From Candidatus Heimdallarchaeota archaeon (GTDB lineage Archaea > Asgardarchaeota > Heimdallarchaeia > JABLTI01): DNA of 64,000 nt. Shown piece after piece: positions 58,901 through 64,000 of this stretch. The notes beneath the pieces were generated by a model, which did not search any database, was not told where the DNA came from, and was given only the letters and a program-made list of their open reading frames with translations. The first letter of the stretch is position 1. Each line of letters opens with the position of its first letter. Position numbers and translations under genes: made by a program. The DNA is taken from contig JAHLVW010000058.1 of assembly GCA_019058275.1 (NCBI GenBank), positions 1 through 64,000 of the forward strand. Reading direction: 5' to 3'.

Positions 58901-61300
58901 ATCAAAGGATAGTGTATCATCTACATCAGGATCATCTGCCCAAAATTCAACTCTAATTGAAGAAGAGTCTGTAACATAATAGTTTGTTGGTAAAGTTATA
59001 TCAATTTCTGGTGCACTAGCACTATAAACTATAGAAATATAATCAAAAGCGATTTTACTTGTAACATCAATACAGTAGATATCAATATTATTAGATCCTG
59101 CTTCTAATGGAATAATAGCACTATCTTGACTTCCTCCAGTTTTATATTCTAGAAATCCATTTAGATATATTGAGATAGAATCTATTGGTAAAGATTCATT
59201 AGAAATTTCCCACTCAAGTAAAATGTTTTGTTTATTTGATGTTCCTGAGCTTGGTGAAGTAATGGTTATTTCTGGATTTGGTCCTTCACCTATTATGAAA
59301 ATTTGACCAAAACTATCACTGATAATAGCTTCAGTTGCACCATCACCATCTATGTCATAACCTAATATTGAATTTCTTTTTCCGGGACAAGAACCTATAT
59401 CCATTCTCCATTCTTCACTTAAGGATAGATCTTCAATTAATGGATCTGAATCAGAATCAATTACTTCATAAACAATTATTGTTCCATTATTACAACCTAC
59501 GATAAGCTCTTTATCACCATCATCATCAAGATCAATTACTCCAGCTCCTCCTCCCATGTTTGGATCTGATATTCCATCATTAATAGCTATCTCTAAAGGA
59601 GGTTCTGTTTGTAAGAATGTAAATGGACCAAAGATTTTCAAATAATCACGACCTACAATTATTGTTTCATTTTCTCCATCATTATCTACGTCATCAATAA
59701 TGATTGTATGGCCATAATAATCATAAGTTAATTTGGAAGAGTTTTCAAATAAATCATCTTCATGATAACTAGCCCAAAATGTAGGATTATCATAATATGA
59801 ATCCACATCAAATTCATAAATATGTAAAGCTGTTGAACCATTAGAAGAGAACTGTGATAAAATTATCACTTCTTGCCAGCTTGATTCATTATCCATATCC
59901 CCGATTTCAACATCATGAATATAAGTTACTGGTTCAGTACCATCAACATCATCAGGTATCATAAAACCTGCATGAGCAAATTTTTTGTTAATCGTATAAT
60001 CAATGAAATGAACTCTACCTATAACATCACCAATAACTATTTGTTTTTCGCCTGTCCAGTAATTTAAACCATCACCAATATCAATATAACCTGAGAGATC
60101 AACACTATTTGAAAATACGTTTACTTGTTTTTGAAAATCACTTACAGAAGAACTCCAATCAAATAACCTAATTACTCTAGGATCATCTCCACAGATGAAT
60201 ACTTCATCTTCACCATTGCCATCAAAATCATATGTTGCAATGCCTTTTACAATAAATGGAACTGTTATATCAGCAGCAGTCCAAGAATTCCAAATCTGAG
60301 TGATCTCACCACTTACATATTTATAAATTGCTAAAAGATAATTTGCAGAACTATCCGTTTTATTTGAGCTGACAATTAATTCTAGTTCACTATCGCCGTC
60401 TATATCACCAGTAGCTAGGAAAGTTCCATAATTCTCACCAATCTGATCATCAAGGATATTAAAATTATCTTCAATAACAAATGCTTCAAAAGTGAATTCA
60501 TGGCCTAGTCTTAAATCACCCCATGAATAAGGTTTCTCTCTAAATGTAGTATCTAAGAAACTACTATCTATGAATGGCCAAGTAAAACTGCCTGAGCGAG
60601 AGACTTCTTTGTTTGTTGCTTCAAATAATACCCCTACGAGATTTTGTGGTGCTAAGTCTAATTCTGACAATCCGATTTTATATTCATATTGCCTATGAGA
60701 AACTGTCACTAGGCCTGAGCTACCAAAATAGGTATCCATAATTATATCGTAAGAGAGAAAGATAGTTCCTGGAGTACTTGTTTCTAAATCTTCCCAACTA
60801 CTAGAAATAGAATTCCAATATTGGAACTTAACTGTTTCAATTGCACCAAAGTTTCTATATACAATAGCACGATCAGATGAATCAATTATTCCATTATGAT
60901 TGAGATCCAGATAAATTGATGATCCCCATTCAGTAACTGGATCCTCTATTATATGAGCAGTAATATCTAAACCAATATAGAGATGATCATTATCATTTTG
61001 TAGCAATAATTTTGTTCTAATGTTTTGTAAATCATCGTACATATTGTAAACTGCAGCCATATTCCACTCAGTTGCTGGGTGGGTTTCATTAAAGTTGATT
61101 TGACCATCAATCAATGGAGCAGTATCATTCCATATCGAAAAGATTTCTATAGGGTCTGCAAGAGGATAATGAGCTCTTACATTGTTAATTTCAAAAGGTT
61201 GAATTGAAATGAAAATTGATGTGATAATTATAGATAATAAAAATAGCTTTATACTTTTCTTCTTAGATATACTAGAATAACTACATAAAAGCTTGGACAT
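55949..61300 (-). CDS. Giant type-I membrane receptor-like protein B, collinear paralog of A, with an acidic Tyr-rich tail
   Basis: Same domain order as A (WNDTAP.IDGQI, GDIDGD, YDFDGNG, DDVDNDG, DPNMGGGA, 9 Ig-like repeats, TM, DEQLFGGALTGI). Start placed at MSKLL (61300); the ORF is open to 61378. Confidence 0.85.
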   Translation of the reverse strand: MSKLLCSYSSISKKKSIKLFLLSIIITSIFISIQPFEINNVRAHYPLADPIEIFSIWNDTAPLIDGQINFNETHPATEWNMAAVYNMYDDLQNIRTKLLLQNDNDHLYIGLDITAHIIEDPVTEWGSSIYLDLNHNGIIDSSDRAIVYRNFGAIETVKFQYWNSISSSWEDLETSTPGTIFLSYDIIMDTYFGSSGLVTVSHRQYEYKIGLSELDLAPQNLVGVLFEATNKEVSRSGSFTWPFIDSSFLDTTFREKPYSWGDLRLGHEFTFEAFVIEDNFNILDDQIGENYGTFLATGDIDGDSELELIVSSNKTDSSANYLLAIYKYVSGEITQIWNSWTAADITVPFIVKGIATYDFDGNGEDEVFICGDDPRVIRLFDWSSSVSDFQKQVNVFSNSVDLSGYIDIGDGLNYWTGEKQIVIGDVIGRVHFIDYTINKKFAHAGFMIPDDVDGTEPVTYIHDVEIGDMDNESSWQEVIILSQFSSNGSTALHIYEFDVDSYYDNPTFWASYHEDDLFENSSKLTYDYYGHTIIIDDVDNDGENETIIVGRDYLKIFGPFTFLQTEPPLEIAINDGISDPNMGGGAGVIDLDDDGDKELIVGCNNGTIIVYEVIDSDSDPLIEDLSLSEEWRMDIGSCPGKRNSILGYDIDGDGATEAIISDSFGQIFIIGEGPNPEITITSPSSGTSNKQNILLEWEISNESLPIDSISIYLNGFLEYKTGGSQDSAIIPLEAGSNNIDIYCIDVTSKIAFDYISIVYSASAPEIDITLPTNYYVTDSSSIRVEFWADDPDVDDTLSFDVYRNSSLQAVTPTPIGSDNYYVDVDLPSDGLWLITIVVSDGTNEANDSVYVIRDTVNPVVTITSPLDGSAIKSTTIDLYWDAYDDSSWIEYCEVYRNEILLGVSYSNSYLDIALVSDDIYSLKVVAYDAIGKFSEDIVYITRDTGTPYAYLDSLSLPANYEGYYYTSISSVFVSWYGEDNVGGTGLDKFELIVDGTSFDFSPDVLNTTILLSSEGPNEIRIIAWDFAGNSAFDFYIIAYDTQNPDVNITSPEDDFVTSSDTVNVKWNGFDEGAGIEYYEIIVNGTLVEIITDISTSSYLVDLPEEKDYIITVKAVDFLGNFDEDTILVRRDADTPTFYINIPEDLYSYSTSPLIFVSWGITNIFLDTFEIFVDGIHYNSYPNTTFSDLVDVTTIIGIIPEDSFPEVNITIAVNNGGIYTWVLSRFVTIDQSSPLVSILTPENNDEIPEDSLYISWSGFDTGSGIDQYILYINNRLIQYYGSSSVDTTLDISSYEEGYYNITLSAFDYAGNCDNSSIIVEFYPNPPEFNVDLPSFVITNDPNFPINVQVTNVGYGVELIQIIADNIIIVDALNFEGDIQYDPDSYLFAITDDDFLIEIDDHNLTITVYDQASRWSNIFVDIVIDYVAPTIFDRPILGDTRISLDLNILEITDVYDENVYDISITTRDTNGVGSVSLNITNDTTTFQYNMILNKGQSIGDIFVFEVTIDFNIFAAGVYEFKFDAVDVAGNSISSSYSFNITISSDGPPTSPPIGGSKWLRENLFTIVIPSTGGILFIILLSAILSVTTRKKRLNRGWEDAIVAVAYVTKTGLTLTYVPYSPDLFEDEQLFGGALTGIMSILGEITGETEVAMKVHVMEYGDKRLMICSGYFGNGILLVTDVKSKLKELLKQFINDFETAYKFSLTQELIDLNEYSSAPLLVESIFGFRKNIFQRQTDQLLNTIDTQDYSTPEHDTSHQTNQDIAVSYYQENYEENANNEYRNEEY

Positions 61301-61437
61301 ATGGGGACTCTCATTATAAATTGATTTTAACTCAAATGAGTAAAGATATACCGACAAATACATTCTGCTTAAATTCAAATAAAAGACTTTAGATTTGGGA
61401 ATTTTTTTACAATAAATGAAAGAAAAGAAGAAAAAGA

Positions 61438-63999
61438 TTACTTTCCTAGTGCAAATCTTAATTCTTCCATTTTTTCTCTAGGTTGGTTAATCATTATAGC
61501 AAATTCCATTGATGAACTACTATTTGGTTTAGTATATTGTAAACCCAAAGCCCATTTTAGTAACATCACTCCAAGATCTGCAACAACTGAAGATCCATGA
61601 GAACCTGTTGGAACGACGAAAGAAATGGATTGATTTCCTTTTGTTATTCTACTGTAAGGTTTGTTGAAAGATCCTTGACTTATGAACTGCTTCTTAACTG
61701 AATTTCGTATCCACAAATCATCAGTTCCTTTCACTTCAATTACATTGCCTTCTTTAGAACCTTGTAAACCAATATCAGAAATTAATGAACCTATCCATGG
61801 TATGCTTCTAGAAGTTTTATTATGTAGAGTTAAAATAACTCTAATTACTTCGCTGTTTGGAATTGTCAAGTATTGTAACTCAACTTTTTGCCCAAAGAGA
61901 TACTGCTTTTCCTTCTTAATTGTCCAAATGGTTTTGACACCTTTCCACATTCCATCTTCGAAAACTACACTTTTTGTTTCTTCCATTTCTGCAAATGGAT
62001 CATCAGATACTAAATGGAAAATGGCTGGTTGTATTCCTCCTAAATAATGTTCTAGGAAGAATTTTGGTTTAACTTCAGGATAACCATCAAGTAAGAAACT
62101 CCTCTTTTTGGAATCTTCTAGCCTTATTAGATTTCCACCAATATCTGCAACTACTTTGAAGTCTAAGGCACCATTTGATACTTCAATAACCTTCTTTCCA
62201 TCGAGCATCTTTTCTTGAACTTCAACACTTCCTTTTTCAGTAACCAGAATCTGATTATCGAAATCTATTTCAAATTCTCCACTGAAATGTAAAATTATAT
62301 TTTCTATGGGTGAGTTAATTTTCTCAGGAACAACTAGCTCTATGTCAATAGGTGATGATTTAAACGGTTCCAGCTTAGGCATTTCAATCTTAGATGCTTT
62401 CTTTCCATCAACAATGAAATTTCCTTTCCAATTCTTTGGTAATTTCAAGCTTAATGATCCTTGTAGTGGGTAGGCTGAAGCAAGAGAAATTAGAAATGTC
62501 TTTTTTACTGTTTCACCAGCAGTTAGAACTGTTTTATCTGACAATTCAACTTCTAGAGCTTTTGACAATTTTGGTCCTACAGTTGATTCCATGTGGTCAA
62601 ATTCGATATTTCCTACCAATTGATTCCATCTGTTTCTAATTTCATGAATCATATTATAACCAAAACTATACCAAAGATGTACTGGTTTGTATGTTTCTCC
62701 AGGTTGAATTTCCTCAGTTTTACTTTCTAATTGTGATAAATGACCTTGACGAAGCTTTATCTTCTCTATCTTCTCTGGTTTCCATATCCATGCTGAATAA
62801 TCACCTAACATTAGACCTTCGACAGCAGTCCATGTTTCAGACCAGAATTGAGGTTCAGTAGGAAGTAACGGATCAGTTAAGAAATTTGTAAAAGTATCGC
62901 TTTCGTAAATTTTTCCACCAATAGGTGTAAATGCTTTTCCTTTAGCTGTGTATGGATTTAAACTAATACCTTGAAAACCAGTTGATGTTCTTGCTGATGC
63001 ATGGATGGATTTCTTGTCAACGTTTCTATAAGTAACCCAATATTCTATCTCATTCATTCCAGGAGAAATTTTGATATGTTTCTTAACAACTAAACCAGGA
63101 ACGTGAATGCTTTTACCAGTTAAAATGAGAGTTTTGTATCTTCCTTCCTCTATTAATTCGTACTCATGAAGAAGTGTTCTATCCAAAGAAAGCCCATAGG
63201 GAGGTCCAGTTTGATGATTAAGTGGATTAAGTCCATTATTCTCTTGTTGAAAAATACGCAGATTTCCACCTTCAAGCATCGCCCGAACAGTCAATTTATC
63301 AGTAATAAAGAAGAGCATATTTCGATCTTTGAGTTCAACTAATTCTATCAGATCATTTGTTTTAGCAAACACTGGTATATCATAAGTTGGCATTTCGATT
63401 TCATGACCATTGTATTGAATCGTAGGAGTTGTTTTTATAATGAATTTGTTTGTTTTTCGAGTTGCAGGAATTGTAATTGGGATATTTATGCCGATAATTT
63501 CCTCCGGTTTGATTTTTATTGGAATTTTTATTGAACTATCTTTAATCCCCTCAATTTCAATATGCGCAAATCCTTCAATCGTTGTTTTTGTTGTATTGAG
63601 AACATCCATTGGAATTTTAACTTCAGAACCAACAGGTGCTGTGCTAAATCGATTCTCATTAATGCTTCTTAATTTTACAGCAGATTGAATTTTACCACTT
63701 GTTGACAATTCGATGACATTATCACCAAGATTTATTTTAACAAAAATTGATTCACAAGCTCTATCATTATCCCTGAATAATTTTGCACTTTTGTCTATGA
63801 CAAATTCTCGAGATATTTGTATTGATTCGTCTTTTTTCACAATCACAGTTTTTGGGAACTCTTCTTTCCATTTCAACCCTTTGAATTCTTTAATATCCAG
63901 CTTTGCTTCAATTTCATTCTCATAATCGTTTTGCAGTGTAACTGTTAATGTGTTCGGGATACCAATAAAGATATCATGTGAAGATAATCTAGTTTTGGC
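61438..63999 (-). CDS. Large beta-rich hypothetical protein, 5' truncated by the window
   Basis: Frame is open to the window end (AKTRLSSHDIFIGIPN...). Ig-like and beta-sandwich segments; no catalytic motif seen in the visible part. Confidence 0.7.
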   Translation of the reverse strand, partial: AKTRLSSHDIFIGIPNTLTVTLQNDYENEIEAKLDIKEFKGLKWKEEFPKTVIVKKDESIQISREFVIDKSAKLFRDNDRACESIFVKINLGDNVIELSTSGKIQSAVKLRSINENRFSTAPVGSEVKIPMDVLNTTKTTIEGFAHIEIEGIKDSSIKIPIKIKPEEIIGINIPITIPATRKTNKFIIKTTPTIQYNGHEIEMPTYDIPVFAKTNDLIELVELKDRNMLFFITDKLTVRAMLEGGNLRIFQQENNGLNPLNHQTGPPYGLSLDRTLLHEYELIEEGRYKTLILTGKSIHVPGLVVKKHIKISPGMNEIEYWVTYRNVDKKSIHASARTSTGFQGISLNPYTAKGKAFTPIGGKIYESDTFTNFLTDPLLPTEPQFWSETWTAVEGLMLGDYSAWIWKPEKIEKIKLRQGHLSQLESKTEEIQPGETYKPVHLWYSFGYNMIHEIRNRWNQLVGNIEFDHMESTVGPKLSKALEVELSDKTVLTAGETVKKTFLISLASAYPLQGSLSLKLPKNWKGNFIVDGKKASKIEMPKLEPFKSSPIDIELVVPEKINSPIENIILHFSGEFEIDFDNQILVTEKGSVEVQEKMLDGKKVIEVSNGALDFKVVADIGGNLIRLEDSKKRSFLLDGYPEVKPKFFLEHYLGGIQPAIFHLVSDDPFAEMEETKSVVFEDGMWKGVKTIWTIKKEKQYLFGQKVELQYLTIPNSEVIRVILTLHNKTSRSIPWIGSLISDIGLQGSKEGNVIEVKGTDDLWIRNSVKKQFISQGSFNKPYSRITKGNQSISFVVPTGSHGSSVVADLGVMLLKWALGLQYTKPNSSSSMEFAIMINQPREKMEELRFALGK

Positions 64000-64000
64000 A

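Noticed and set aside
50382-61300. Calling the two giant proteins true integrins
   Set aside because: There is no integrin-beta (vWA/PSI/EGF) partner and no GFFKR tail, and FG-GAP propellers are widespread in prokaryotes. Only the architecture is similar.
1-64000. CRISPR arrays, tRNA/rRNA, transposases, integrases or defence systems
   Set aside because: No regularly spaced repeats, cloverleaf or rRNA-like GC-rich tracts, or recognisable recombinase/nuclease motifs were seen. The remaining short ORFs in the track are antisense or off-frame shadows of longer genes.

Overview
AT-rich (roughly 30% GC by eye), gene-dense archaeal chromosome segment. GGTGA/GGAG Shine-Dalgarno motifs, TTG/GTG starts, a cupin-type PGI and several eukaryote-signature proteins point to an Asgard archaeon, most likely Heimdallarchaeia (inference). 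I see no rRNA, tRNA, CRISPR array or transposase. Housekeeping content includes Nudix, PHP, ABC transporters, amidohydrolases, GlpD, M20 and S9 peptidases, GalT, a PAS histidine kinase and a sat-cysC-sulfotransferase operon. Three loci stand out. (1) 28.4-32.1 kb: four co-oriented genes encoding two Arf/Sar1-like GTPases each fused to a C-terminal longin/roadblock-like domain (one canonical, one degenerate), a uDENN/longin-gelsolin fusion with a candidate arginine finger, and a Rab-like GTPase; this looks like a minimal GTPase cascade. (2) 50.4-61.3 kb: a tail-to-tail pair of ~1800-aa paralogous receptor-like proteins (CBM9/DOMON-like domain, 7 FG-GAP blades, 9 Ig-like repeats, one TM helix, cytoplasmic longin-like domain), an integrin-alpha-like architecture. 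(3) 34.1-37.5 kb: an internally duplicated exosortase/archaeosortase (one intact and one degenerate catalytic domain) followed by a split DUF1616 and a candidate substrate. Four genes are broken by single-base indels or in-frame stops (pseudogenes or assembly errors). A hairpin-rich intergenic region at 1.4-1.65 kb may be an ncRNA. All domain calls come from reading motifs by eye, not from database searches.
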